DNA of 64,000 nucleotides from an uncultured Desulfosarcina sp. (GTDB lineage Bacteria; Desulfobacterota; Desulfobacteria; Desulfobacterales; Desulfosarcinaceae), in the NCBI GenBank assembly GCA_963674945.2, contig CAXXWQ010000004.1, positions 2,624,001 through 2,688,000 of the forward strand, read 5' to 3'. Positions within the stretch are counted from its first letter, which is position 1, and every line of letters starts with the position of its first letter. Under the pieces are notes generated by a model. It did not search any database. It saw only the letters and a program-made list of their open reading frames with translations, and was not told where the DNA came from. Positions 20,576-29,990 of the stretch are shown here, piece after piece. The translations under genes were made by a program, and so were the position numbers.

Positions 20576-20869
20576 CTACGCGCCCATCAGACGCGGCAAC
20601 ACAAATCTTACAATTGTATAAACCACGCCGATGGTGATGAAAAGGCCTGTACAGATGCTGTGAATCCAGAACACGCAACCGATGCGGCCGGTGGTTTTGC
20701 GAGTATGCGATACATACGTTTTGTAAAATTCGATAATATTCGGCGCCGGATGTTTCGGATCGGCAAGGCCGCGGTCGAAAAGGTATTTTACGATTGCCGC
20801 GAAGGCCCCGGCTGCGAGAATGGCTGAAACGGCCATCAGTGCCAGGATGAGGATATCGGTAGTCTTCAC
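20576..20869 (-). CDS. Small two-TM hypothetical membrane protein
   Basis: Two hydrophobic segments; GGAG RBS before GTG at 20869. Confidence 0.6.
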   Translation of the reverse strand: MKTTDILILALMAVSAILAAGAFAAIVKYLFDRGLADPKHPAPNIIEFYKTYVSHTRKTTGRIGCVFWIHSICTGLFITIGVVYTIVRFVLPRLMGA

Positions 20870-21089
20870 GCGGTTGTCTCCCGAACGCTGATTCCAGAAT
20901 TGATTTACGCGTGTTAATAAAGAACGTATACCGGTCACGGGCGAAACAAAAAGCGGTCTGCCGGGATTTTCGCGTTGAGCACGGCGAAGAACCGGCGTAT
21001 TTTATTTGTATCCGTGCGGTGGTAGTCATTTTGTTTATACAGCATGTAATCGTTATAGTAAAAGGGTGAATTTTCGATGAAGTCTCTTT

Positions 21090-21350
21090 TTGCCTGATGC
21101 CCTCGACTCCCTCCAAATGGATGATCCCGCCTTTGCCGATGCCATCGAGCTGATATCCCGGAAAAATGCCGAGTTCCTTGGAATCGAGAAAAAAGTCGGC
21201 ACTCTTACGAAGGGCCGCTGGGCCTCATTCACCTGCTGGAACGGCGACCCCTTTGACCTGACCACGTTTCCGGTGGCCGTCTTCGGCGAAGGCGAGTGCC
21301 TGCACCGGCAACAATCGCTCTCAGGGAAAAATGGGCGCTCATTTCCCTGA
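21090..21350 (+). pseudogene. C-terminal remnant of an amidohydrolase-family gene
   Basis: AIELISRKNAEFLGI..VGTLTKGRWASFTCWNGDPFDL..VFGEGE is the typical amidohydrolase C-terminus; the rest of the gene is absent. Confidence 0.75.
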
Positions 21351-21648
21351 AAGCACGGATAGCCAGTATACTTTCGGTTGCAATCCATGCATACACCGTA
21401 GTATATTCTGGATTTAAAGATCTTGGATATCCTTGCAGTGCGGCGTCTCGTACAGATGTTCGATCGTACGCGTACCTTCAAACTGTGATGGTGCCGATAC
21501 TCTCTTGGGCGAAATTGGAATCTAATTTTGTGTAATCTGAATGCCCGCTCCGGCGCCCCTCTCTCCGTGACCATTATTTAACATGATCTTGGTTCAAAGC
21601 AATTTGAATGGGACTCGTATACATTTCCGATAAGACAAGGAGAAGAAA

Positions 21649-21882
21649 ATGAAAGGGCGTCTACTGTTATTCCTGATGATGCTGTTTGCCTTTTCCTTGC
21701 TGCTGATTCCAGGAACCTTTGAGCAGCCACAGGCGGCCAAAGGATGCTGCAAGCAGTATAGGAATGGCCAGTATTATCCCAACGGAATGAACCTTCGCCA
21801 GTGTCAGGATGCAAATAATGCCACCGATAGGGACAACCTCTATCAGCCATCCGGTCAATTCTGGTGGGATGTAAACTGCTAG
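21649..21882 (+). CDS. Small secreted Cys-containing peptide, 77 aa
   Basis: AAGGAG RBS; signal peptide ending near PQAA; mature part has 4 Cys (CC..C..C-terminal C). Confidence 0.75.
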   Translation: MKGRLLLFLMMLFAFSLLLIPGTFEQPQAAKGCCKQYRNGQYYPNGMNLRQCQDANNATDRDNLYQPSGQFWWDVNC

Positions 21883-21909
21883 CACCACATAAACCCACAC
21901 CGGCTTTTT

Positions 21910-23805
21910 ATGGTAATCATCATGAAAGCAATCAATGCAGCTTCGGAAAAATTTCTATCGGTAGAAGAAACATCCGATAAGGATGTTGAAGTCTGGGTTA
22001 CGCCTCACGAGAAAAGAATGCTGTATCACAAGCCTGAAAAGGAACCGCTATATGAAAAACCGAAGGGACTCTCCGAAAACTGGGTGTACGATAATATCAA
22101 GGACGCTATCTATCACTGCCGTAAGATTTACTACATCTATCTGGGCATACTTTGCTACACCCTTCTGACGATCTTTACGACGCCTGCCCTATACTTTTTC
22201 ATTGAACAAAAGATCGAACTGCCCATCATGAACGCAAAGATGCCGCTGCATGCCTATCTTGTTGCTGCTCCGCTGTTGCTGATCGGTTTTTTTGTGTACA
22301 AACAGCTCTACCTCCAAAAAGCAAACAAATTGATCCAATACGCGATAGATGAATGTAATGACAAAAACCAGGGCAACTGTGCCGCCTGCCTTGAGAAGGG
22401 GGATAAATGCACCGCCACCAGTATTTGCCGGCATCACCGAAGCCGTATCTATCCCTGGATCATCGTCTACTGCCGTTTCATGGAAGACAATTCCAATAAA
22501 TTTGAAAATAGCCACCTAAACAACTGGATCGAGAAATTCCAGAGAATCTTTGTCAGTTTTTCGCTTTGGTGGCTGCTCCCATTTATACTCATTTCGCTAT
22601 CTGTTTTTATACTCAGGGAACATAGCCGATTTTGGTTTTTCTACATGTTGTCGATGACCATTTTGGGTATTACAGTCGTTGCCATATTCTGGTTCCAACA
22701 ACAAAAAATTCCCAACCGATCCGTCTGGCTTTTTCCTTCATCCTTAGCAGTAATCGGTGCTGCCGTTTCTGTTGCACTTATTGCGTTGCATCTAAGTGCT
22801 CTTAAAGGAAAAGTGCCCTGGGTTGAAAAACCATGGCCCTCACATCCTGAGGTTTCCTACCAAGGGGCGGTGAGCCCCCCATTGTATTCGGAAATTTTGC
22901 GCAGCTTTGTCCTTGCAGACCTAAGATTCAGCTCCATGGCCGGCAATCCGACGGGAGCGAAAAACGAAAAGGCAATCTATGCGGTGGATCTGACGGGTCG
23001 CCGGTTTGAAGGGGCAAACCTGTCCAATGCCAAGTTGGTAAAGGCGGATCTAAGAGAGTCAAATTTAAACAATGCCATTCTCATTGAAACAAATTTACGT
23101 GAGGCAACACTTGATGGGGCAACCGCAGAAAAGGCGGTTTTTATTTATACCGTATTAGCAGAAGCCCGTTTGGTTGAAACGGTGTTGAAAGAGGCGGACT
23201 TTAGCGAAGCGAACTTGTATAAAGCCAATTTTTATATGGCCAATCTTGAAAGAGCTTGCTTTTTTAACGCAGATCTTTCAAACGCGTATTTGACGAACAC
23301 CAATGTTAATGGAGCTGTATTTACCATGGCCAATCTCCAGAATACTCATTTAGAAACGGCCGTGGGACTTGATCCCGAACAATTAAGACCGGCGAGGAAT
23401 TACCACCTGGCATATTATAACAAGGTTCTAATCGACCAGCTGGGCTTTAAAAAGGACCATAATGATCGTGTACCGGCCAGAAGATTTCCTCAGTATGATT
23501 TCACAGAGGCTCTTCTCGAAGGCGCCGATCTGGAGGGAGCGAATCTTACCAATTCAAAACTTAGAAAAGCTGTTCTTTCCGGGGCAAATCTCAGTAACGC
23601 TATTTTAAATGGTGCCGATGTAACAGATGCACAATTGAGAAATGCCGATTTTAGAAATGCCAGGATGGAAAAAATCAGTTTTTCCAGTTACACGCAGTTT
23701 GAAAACGTGAAAACCCTTTTTAATGCCAGACTCGACGATAAAGTGCAAAAAACGCTTGAAACCCGCTACCCGCGTTTGTTTGTTGAACCTTCAAAGAGAG
23801 ACTGA
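21910..23805 (+). CDS. Membrane protein with C-terminal pentapeptide repeats
   Basis: ~5 TM segments followed by A(D/N)Lxx repeats (GANLSNAKLVKADLRESNL...). Confidence 0.88.
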   Translation: MVIIMKAINAASEKFLSVEETSDKDVEVWVTPHEKRMLYHKPEKEPLYEKPKGLSENWVYDNIKDAIYHCRKIYYIYLGILCYTLLTIFTTPALYFFIEQKIELPIMNAKMPLHAYLVAAPLLLIGFFVYKQLYLQKANKLIQYAIDECNDKNQGNCAACLEKGDKCTATSICRHHRSRIYPWIIVYCRFMEDNSNKFENSHLNNWIEKFQRIFVSFSLWWLLPFILISLSVFILREHSRFWFFYMLSMTILGITVVAIFWFQQQKIPNRSVWLFPSSLAVIGAAVSVALIALHLSALKGKVPWVEKPWPSHPEVSYQGAVSPPLYSEILRSFVLADLRFSSMAGNPTGAKNEKAIYAVDLTGRRFEGANLSNAKLVKADLRESNLNNAILIETNLREATLDGATAEKAVFIYTVLAEARLVETVLKEADFSEANLYKANFYMANLERACFFNADLSNAYLTNTNVNGAVFTMANLQNTHLETAVGLDPEQLRPARNYHLAYYNKVLIDQLGFKKDHNDRVPARRFPQYDFTEALLEGADLEGANLTNSKLRKAVLSGANLSNAILNGADVTDAQLRNADFRNARMEKISFSSYTQFENVKTLFNARLDDKVQKTLETRYPRLFVEPSKRD

Positions 23806-24044
23806 CAACGCGAATCGGTATTTTCCCGGCATGGCGCAACCCAAACGGCACACTTTTATAGCGATAACACGCTCAACGGCCTGCCCATGCTTCTCGAGAA
23901 AATCGAGGAACATCTGGAAGGCATCGGTGAGAAGTATTTTTCCCTGTTCCCACGATTTACCTATTGACCGGGCACCGTTGATTGTGTTTTTCCTTATAAG
24001 GGATAAACCGCACGGACCGAAATTCTGTCCGCACGGTTTTCTAC

Positions 24045-24305
24045 CTATAACTTCTCCAGCCGTATCGCACAGGCTTTAAACTCGGCCGTTTTCGAAATCG
24101 GGTCGAAGGCCGGATTTGTCAGCCAATTGGCACAGTTTTCACGGAAGTGAAAAGCCATCCAGACCAGACCTGACGGCACATGGGAGGTGATTTTGGCGGC
24201 CACATCCACCGCACCGCGTCTGGATGCCACGCGATTTTTTTCGCCTTGGGAAATCCCCAGCGCCTTTGCATCCTCCGCCGAAATATCGGCGGTTTCTTCT
24301 GGCAT
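24045..24305 (-). pseudogene. C-terminal remnant of a formate dehydrogenase alpha / molybdopterin oxidoreductase gene
   Basis: DAKALGI..VASRRG..WMAFHF..ANWLTNPAFDPISKTAEFKACA = molybdopterin dinucleotide-binding domain only. Confidence 0.8.
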
Positions 24306-24375
24306 GATCAGAATGAGTTTATGACGATCGACTGTTTGAAGACTTGCGCTTCCGCAAACCCAGGATCATCGTTGA

Positions 24376-24405
24376 GACCGCCGCGGCCATAGGGCCGCGG
24401 CGGTC
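24376..24405. terminator. Perfect 13-bp GC-rich hairpin downstream of the corrinoid gene
   Basis: gaccgccgcggcc-atag-ggccgcggcggtc; no U-tract on the 3' side for the minus transcript, so terminator function is uncertain. Confidence 0.5.
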
Positions 24406-24434
24406 AAAAAATTCGATCGTGTCCTGAAGCCTTC

Positions 24435-25124
24435 CTACTTATTTCTCTCGATCCACCGGGCCATTTTGCCGTCAAAAATCGCTTTGACCTTGTCCAGTGC
24501 ATCGAAGGCGGACTCACCAAAGGTATCGGCGCCGACCTCGTCACACCACTCGGGCGTCATGCCCCAGCCGCCGGTGATAAAGATCACGTCGTCTCTGACG
24601 CCGGCTTCCACCATGGCCTTGTGGATGACCCCGCAATACGGTGTCACAGGCCCGATGATGGCCGAGGCGCCCACGATATCGGGCTTGTACTTCTTTATTG
24701 CCGTAACGAACCCATCGGCCGACACGTTCTCTCCGATGTCGATGGCCTTGATGCCCGCACCGGAAAAAAAGGCGGAGACGATCCTTTTGCCCACGTTGTG
24801 GAGATCGCCTTCTACCGTTCCGATGATCATCACCTTATCCTCCGGCTTCCGATTCAAAATGGAGGCTTCCACAGCCGCTGTCGGAAGCAACCGTTCCATG
24901 GCATCGTTCATGATCTGGCCTGAGATCATCAGATCGCTCATGAACCGGTCATTGGCCTCGTACTCGTCGCCGATGATGGTCAATCCGGGACTTAAACCGT
25001 TAACAATCACATCTATTGGCGGAATATCGGCAGCCACGCATTCTTCGACCAAATTGGCGACCAAATCGTCATCGAGATCGATAATCGCCTCTTTCAATTT
25101 TTCGAGTATTTCTTCGTTTGCCAT
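24435..25124 (-). CDS. Corrinoid (cobalamin)-binding protein, MtaC/MttC-like
   Basis: B12-binding cap domain plus GTVEGDLHNVGK (DxHxxG), IVGASA, ITGG motifs. Confidence 0.92.
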   Translation of the reverse strand: MANEEILEKLKEAIIDLDDDLVANLVEECVAADIPPIDVIVNGLSPGLTIIGDEYEANDRFMSDLMISGQIMNDAMERLLPTAAVEASILNRKPEDKVMIIGTVEGDLHNVGKRIVSAFFSGAGIKAIDIGENVSADGFVTAIKKYKPDIVGASAIIGPVTPYCGVIHKAMVEAGVRDDVIFITGGWGMTPEWCDEVGADTFGESAFDALDKVKAIFDGKMARWIERNK

Positions 25125-25138
25125 TTGATCAGACTCCT

Positions 25139-26392
25139 TTATTCGTATCTGCCGTATTTCTTGAGTGCGGCAACCCCGATTTCGACGTTTTCAAAACTCG
25201 TGAAGTATGTCGGTTTAAATGACGGACCGAACTTGGGTTTGTCTTTGTGGCGCATGATTTGCTGCTTTATCGCTTCCTCTATCTCAGATGGCGTGCCAAA
25301 CTCGATGGTGTGATCCTCGATGGTGAAGCTTAAATATAGTTCACGTTCATGACACCAATCCGCCAGTTTATCCAGGTCACAGGCGCCTTGCCCCCCGGTC
25401 CCGCCATTAAAGGTCGTCCCCACCGGTCCCTGCCCGCCGTGCTCGTACATTGTTTCAAAAAATTCCTGCGACTTGCCCATGAAGGCTAATCCCCAGCCCA
25501 TGTAGAGCTCTTTGCCCGCCTTGTCTTTTGAATATTGACAGATGGTTTCACCGACTCTTCGATAGTGATCGGCGATCCACAGGTTCTTTTCGTTTGTGCA
25601 CGGGAAACCGCCATCCTGGGCGCACATGGTGAGTGCGTCCACCTGCGCCTCGTCAACCAGGGCCTTGCCAAAGCCGCAAAGGAATTGCGTGCCGATTTCG
25701 GTGCATGCCTTGGCCAGTTCCGGGTTCTTGCGCAGGGCGATGCTGTACTCCGTCCAGCCCATCATGCCCATCATTGCCAACAGGGCCGGACTGGGACAAA
25801 TAGAAGGCCATACCACAATGGGCAGCTTGTATTTCTCCACAATCCGCCTGTACTCCCTGACGGCCCAGATGTAACCCGGATACAAACCGTCCTTCCTGGC
25901 ATCGGGTATCGGCATGCCCTCCAGATCTTCCAGGCACTTTATGGGAGGCTCGCCCTTGATGATCGGGTTGCCGTATTCAATCATCGCCGACAGTCCGCCC
26001 CACATGTCCTCGCCGTAATTCGTGTTGTGCATGCAGCTGTAATCGAGCTTGAACCGGGCCATCATCATCAGGTGCGCCTTTACATACTGCTTGGGGAACT
26101 GGTAGATGTCGATGGGCTTGTAGGCATCGGCTGCGGAATCCAGGACTTTCACCGCATATGGATTGTTGTGCGGTATCCCCATAAACATACGGTCCTTGTC
26201 CTCTCCCCACATGGCGGCATGCCACCGCTCGTACGGGGTCATGCCCCCCTCTTCCTCGATGTTCTTGTGGATCTTTTCACAAATACGTTCTATCTCCCGC
26301 GTCTCTTCGGGAGACCATTCGAAATCTAACTTCTCGAGCGGCGTGTTGTACCAATAAGGCGCATTTTCAAGCGGTTGTCTTCCTTTGAACAT
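25139..26392 (-). CDS. Uroporphyrinogen decarboxylase-fold (MtaA/CmuA-like) methyltransferase
   Basis: MTPYER..AAMWGE..DR start of the UroD fold, PIKCLEDLE..PDARKDG, GTPSEIEEAIK, ENVE; adjacent to a corrinoid protein. Confidence 0.75.
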   Translation of the reverse strand: MFKGRQPLENAPYWYNTPLEKLDFEWSPEETREIERICEKIHKNIEEEGGMTPYERWHAAMWGEDKDRMFMGIPHNNPYAVKVLDSAADAYKPIDIYQFPKQYVKAHLMMMARFKLDYSCMHNTNYGEDMWGGLSAMIEYGNPIIKGEPPIKCLEDLEGMPIPDARKDGLYPGYIWAVREYRRIVEKYKLPIVVWPSICPSPALLAMMGMMGWTEYSIALRKNPELAKACTEIGTQFLCGFGKALVDEAQVDALTMCAQDGGFPCTNEKNLWIADHYRRVGETICQYSKDKAGKELYMGWGLAFMGKSQEFFETMYEHGGQGPVGTTFNGGTGGQGACDLDKLADWCHERELYLSFTIEDHTIEFGTPSEIEEAIKQQIMRHKDKPKFGPSFKPTYFTSFENVEIGVAALKKYGRYE

Positions 26393-26827
26393 GATCTGTT
26401 ACCCTCCCTTTTGCGTTGAGAATTTACTTGCCCCACCTCACAATGAGTTCTATCATGCACGACAGATTTATTATTTTGACATGGACTCGGACGCCGGCAA
26501 TGAGCCTTTGTGCCGAGAATTAATCAGCTGTATCACCTGAACCGAATCACCGATTATCGAACAAAGATGGACAAAGCACCGCACCTTAAGAAGATGATCC
26601 AGTTCATGAAAATACCGAAACACAATCAGTAGACACCGGGCCGCAGCAGTCCAACCTGATGGAATGGGAGGTTACATGGACGATTTCTATTTACCAATAG
26701 TTATCGTAATTTGAGACGATTGAAGCCGAGGGCGGAAGCATGCGTGGCTTAGAAGAACCCAATGGCCGGGAAGTTCTGCGGATTACCCTTAGCGACTGAA
26801 GATCTTGAGGGTGATCGATTGCTTCTG

Positions 26828-26845
26828 CGCAACAGCTATGCCAAA
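26828..26845 (-). promoter_or_regulatory. Putative sigma54 promoter for the methyltransferase/corrinoid pair
   Basis: Minus strand TTTGGCAT-AGCTG-TTGCG. Confidence 0.6.
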
Positions 26846-26973
26846 CCCATTCTCAAACGCTGCTTTCAAATCAACGAGAAGACACGCTTCATGTTGACTG
26901 CAATTTCATCTGCGTTGCAGCAAATCGATCACCCCCTTTCAAATGAAATATAGAACGCTACTTATCGTAATCG

Positions 26974-27009
26974 ACCAATTGATATTCTTCCTCAAGCATA
27001 TCAATTGGT
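26974..27009. promoter_or_regulatory. Perfect 12-bp inverted repeat, candidate enhancer (UAS)
   Basis: ACCAATTGATAT-N12-ATATCAATTGGT, ~130-165 bp upstream of the sigma54 site. Confidence 0.55.
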
Positions 27010-27096
27010 TTAGATAGATGGATTCTAGTACGAAGATAAGAAGATATCTACTATATATTAAAGCCACTACTTGATGTCAATGAGAATCTAACCTTT

Positions 27097-27400
27097 ATGT
27101 GAAAATAAATACGGTATTTTCTATATTTTTATCCTGATATTATTGCATTAAATAAAATTTATATGAAAATAAGTGCGACGATTTCATAGAGATTTCCTCA
27201 TCAGCGCTGATTATTGTTACTGTACATGTGAAAATAATAAAGCTTATTTGCCCTAATTTATCTTGATATTATTAATAAAAAATTCATCAACACGAAAATA
27301 ATTATGGTTATATCTGTAAATCTTTTATCGTTTTCATAAAAATAATTATTGTGAAAATAATTTATACGATATCCGGAAATTCTTCACCATTACCAATGTG
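27097..27400. repeat. AT-rich degenerate array of GAAAATAA motifs at ~64-bp spacing
   Basis: GAAAATAA begins at 27101, 27165, 27230, 27294, 27353; units 1 and 3 also share TTTATCYTGATATTATT. Confidence 0.65.
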
Positions 27401-27797
27401 AATGATGAAATTTATCTAAAGTCGAAGTATTACTTTTTACTATTAATCACTTTAATAGTATCGCTGATATAATGATCGGCGATTGCCAAGAATGGGAGAT
27501 CGGCAACTGCGATTTTTGCCCATTGCATTTTTGTGTGACCAATAATTACTCATCAGTCGACAATTTTTTCTCGGCTTATAAAAAAGGGATGATTTATAAT
27601 GAAAAATATATTGCAGGTTGGCGATCATTCGCTGTAATCGCGTAACGGTATCGTGGAATAGCAATGCGATCAACCATTTGCTTTTTTGAATGCATGGCTG
27701 AAGTTTACCTGGTAGTTATGCTTCTTGGTGTCGGCATCCCTCCAAAAATAGTGTATCGAAATCTTTGACAAACTATCGTCAAAGTCGAAAAATCAGG

Positions 27798-28637
27798 CTA
27801 ATACTCCCTGGGCAACGCATCCAATTGCGCCTTGGTGAACACGGGGCCATCGTGGCACACATAATACGGCCCCACGTTGCAGCGACCGCAGATGCCGATG
27901 CCGCATTTCATCCGGTTTTCCAGGCTCATGATGATCTGGTCCCCCTGCCAACCGCATTTGTTCATGGCCGGCTGGGTAAACTTGATCATCACCGGGGGGC
28001 CGCAGATCAGGGCAACGGCATTATCCGGGCTGGGTGAAAGTTGTTCCACGATCTGGGGCACAAAGCCCACATGCTTGTCCCAGCCATCTACTTCCCTGTC
28101 TATGGTGATCGCCGTGGTTACGTCCGGACGCCGGTCCCATTCTTCCAGAGTATCCTTATACAGCAGCATGCCGGGGGTTCTGGCCCCGTACACAAAGGTG
28201 ATGTCGGCGTAATTGTCGCGGTTGGCCGGATCCAGCAGCCAGACCATGGTGGCACGCAGGGTGGTCACGGCATAGCCCCCGGCGATAATAACGATATTTT
28301 TCCCCGTCAGCGTCTTCAATGGATAAGGATTGCCCAAGGGCCCCCTCACGCCGATCTGGTCCCCTTCCTTCATGTGATGCAGTGCGGTGGTCACCACCCC
28401 GGCCAGGCTCACCGTAAACAAAAGCGTGTTTCCCTCGGTGGGGCTTGAGGCGATCCCGATGGGCGATTCCCCAACTCCCGAGACCGAGATTTCGGCGAAC
28501 TGCCCGGGCAGATAGGAAAAACGGGTCGCATCGTCAGGATTCAGAAACTCCAGTTCAAAAGTCCGCAACGTTTTGTCTTCGGTGGCGATCTCTATTCGTT
28601 TAATGATTACCGGATAAGGCAGATATGGATTTTTCAT
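27798..28637 (-). CDS. flxA: FlxA (FAD/NAD(P)-binding oxidoreductase, AsrB/PyrK-like)
   Basis: PGQFAE, RGPLGN, CGPPVM, MKCGIGICGRC..VCHDGPVF. Confidence 0.85.
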   Translation of the reverse strand: MKNPYLPYPVIIKRIEIATEDKTLRTFELEFLNPDDATRFSYLPGQFAEISVSGVGESPIGIASSPTEGNTLLFTVSLAGVVTTALHHMKEGDQIGVRGPLGNPYPLKTLTGKNIVIIAGGYAVTTLRATMVWLLDPANRDNYADITFVYGARTPGMLLYKDTLEEWDRRPDVTTAITIDREVDGWDKHVGFVPQIVEQLSPSPDNAVALICGPPVMIKFTQPAMNKCGWQGDQIIMSLENRMKCGIGICGRCNVGPYYVCHDGPVFTKAQLDALPREY

Positions 28638-28668
28638 AATGCTCCCACTCTTGTTGGCACCTGAATTT

Positions 28669-28823
28669 TTGACGGATTCGTAAAAAGTCCGATATCGGCG
28701 TTACGCTTCATCCTTCGTCACTGCGGCGTACGATCAGTACGCCTCATTTCTCAGGACTCGCAAGCCTTGATCTCGGGCTTTTTACGAATCCGTCCGAATA
28801 GCTACTTTTTACATGTTCATCAA
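28669..28823 (-). repeat. Intergenic palindromic repeat family A, copy 2
   Basis: gacggattcgtaaaaag...ctttttacgaatccgtc perfect inner inverted repeat; inverted homolog of 8268-8424. Confidence 0.9.
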
Positions 28824-28867
28824 TTTCTGGAACATTCTTTTGTCGAACCGGCACAGGGCTCGCCCAT

Positions 28868-29908
28868 TCAGCAGCACGCCTGATTCATCTGATCGATTAC
28901 TTCCCTCACATCCAGATTGACCGGGCATCGTTGAACGCAGCGGCCGCATCCCACACATCCGGCGGCGCCGTCCAGCCTCATGGGCATGTATTTGAATTTG
29001 TGCATGAAGCGCTGTCTCACCCGGTCTTTTTTCGTCCCTCTGGGGTTGTGCCCCGACGTGTGCAGGGTAAACAACCGGCTCATGCAGGTGTCCCAATTCC
29101 TGATCCGGTGACCGTACTTGCCCTGGGTCTCATCCTGGATATCGAAGCAGTGGCAGACCGGGCAATAAAAGGTACAGGTCCCGCAATTAAGACAGGGTTC
29201 GTGAAGCTTGTCCCAGATTCCGGCGTCATACAGTGCCAAGAGGTCCTGGGAACCGATGTTGTCCAGGTTCGTCGACGCCTGAATGGATTCTTCGGCCCTC
29301 TGTTTCTGGTGTCCGGCCTGTTCCTGAAGCCGGGCCGGGGCCTCGGGAAAGTCGGAAAGCAAGGCCTCGCCATTGGGGGTCAGGCCCGAGAGCAATACCT
29401 CTTCGTCCAGGTCGGTCATGAGCACATCCAGGCCTTCCCGGTGATGGGGACCGCAATCCATGGAGGTACAAAAACAGGAAGGGTGCGGTTCCTTACATGC
29501 CAGCCCGATCAACAGGGTCTTTTCCCGTTTCTCCTGCCAATAGGGATCACAGGCGGATTCGGTCTTGCCGAATACCTTGTCCAGGATGCGAAAGGCCTTG
29601 GCGTCGCAAGGACGAATCCCCAAAAGGGCCTGTTTTTCGCCTCGTTCGGATTCCGCCTGCATGATACGTTCTTTGGTGTCCTCAAGATCGTTGGTAAAAT
29701 GCATCAGGCGTTCTGTCTGGGGGAAGAAGAACTTCTTTGGCGACATGTCCGTATTACCGAACGCCCAGCACAGGTCTTCGGCCCGGTCCAGCGTTTCCCA
29801 ACTTACGGATGTGCCCTGTTCGGCCGGTGCGTATAATCGATACTCAGGCCGCAACCTGTCCAAAAGCTGTCCGATTTCGCTTTTCTTCAGTATCTTGTCT
29901 GACATCAT
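28868..29908 (-). CDS. flxB: FlxB (AsrA-like 4Fe-4S protein)
   Basis: GIRPCD, CLNCGTCTFYCPVCHCF, RNWDTC, CVGCGRCVQRCP. Confidence 0.85.
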   Translation of the reverse strand: MMSDKILKKSEIGQLLDRLRPEYRLYAPAEQGTSVSWETLDRAEDLCWAFGNTDMSPKKFFFPQTERLMHFTNDLEDTKERIMQAESERGEKQALLGIRPCDAKAFRILDKVFGKTESACDPYWQEKREKTLLIGLACKEPHPSCFCTSMDCGPHHREGLDVLMTDLDEEVLLSGLTPNGEALLSDFPEAPARLQEQAGHQKQRAEESIQASTNLDNIGSQDLLALYDAGIWDKLHEPCLNCGTCTFYCPVCHCFDIQDETQGKYGHRIRNWDTCMSRLFTLHTSGHNPRGTKKDRVRQRFMHKFKYMPMRLDGAAGCVGCGRCVQRCPVNLDVREVIDQMNQACC

Positions 29909-29990
29909 AAATCCTTTTGGTTAGCGGACGAAGGGTTGTCGGTTCGATATATCAGTGTCTATCCAGAAATAGGCCATTTATGAATAGGCA

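Noticed and set aside
21576..21603. dif-like site (ATTTAACATGA resembles the XerD arm)
   Set aside because: The XerC arm does not match; probably chance
23811..23967. Possible further gene remnant (..GLPMLLEKIEEHLEGIGEKYFSLFPRFTY)
   Set aside because: Protein-like but too short to assign without BLASTX
26393..26815. Cobalamin riboswitch in the long methyltransferase leader
   Set aside because: No convincing B12-box or core motifs seen by eye; needs an Rfam scan
27349..27368. Rex operator (TTGTGAAA half-site)
   Set aside because: The second half-site TTCACAA is missing
27097..27400. CRISPR array, suggested by the ~64-bp period
   Set aside because: The conserved part is only 8-11 bp, the units are degenerate, and there are no cas genes in the window
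28820..28870. Sec readthrough of the flxB TGA after ..QACC
   Set aside because: The FlxB domain is already complete, no SECIS is evident, and the extension runs into a repeat
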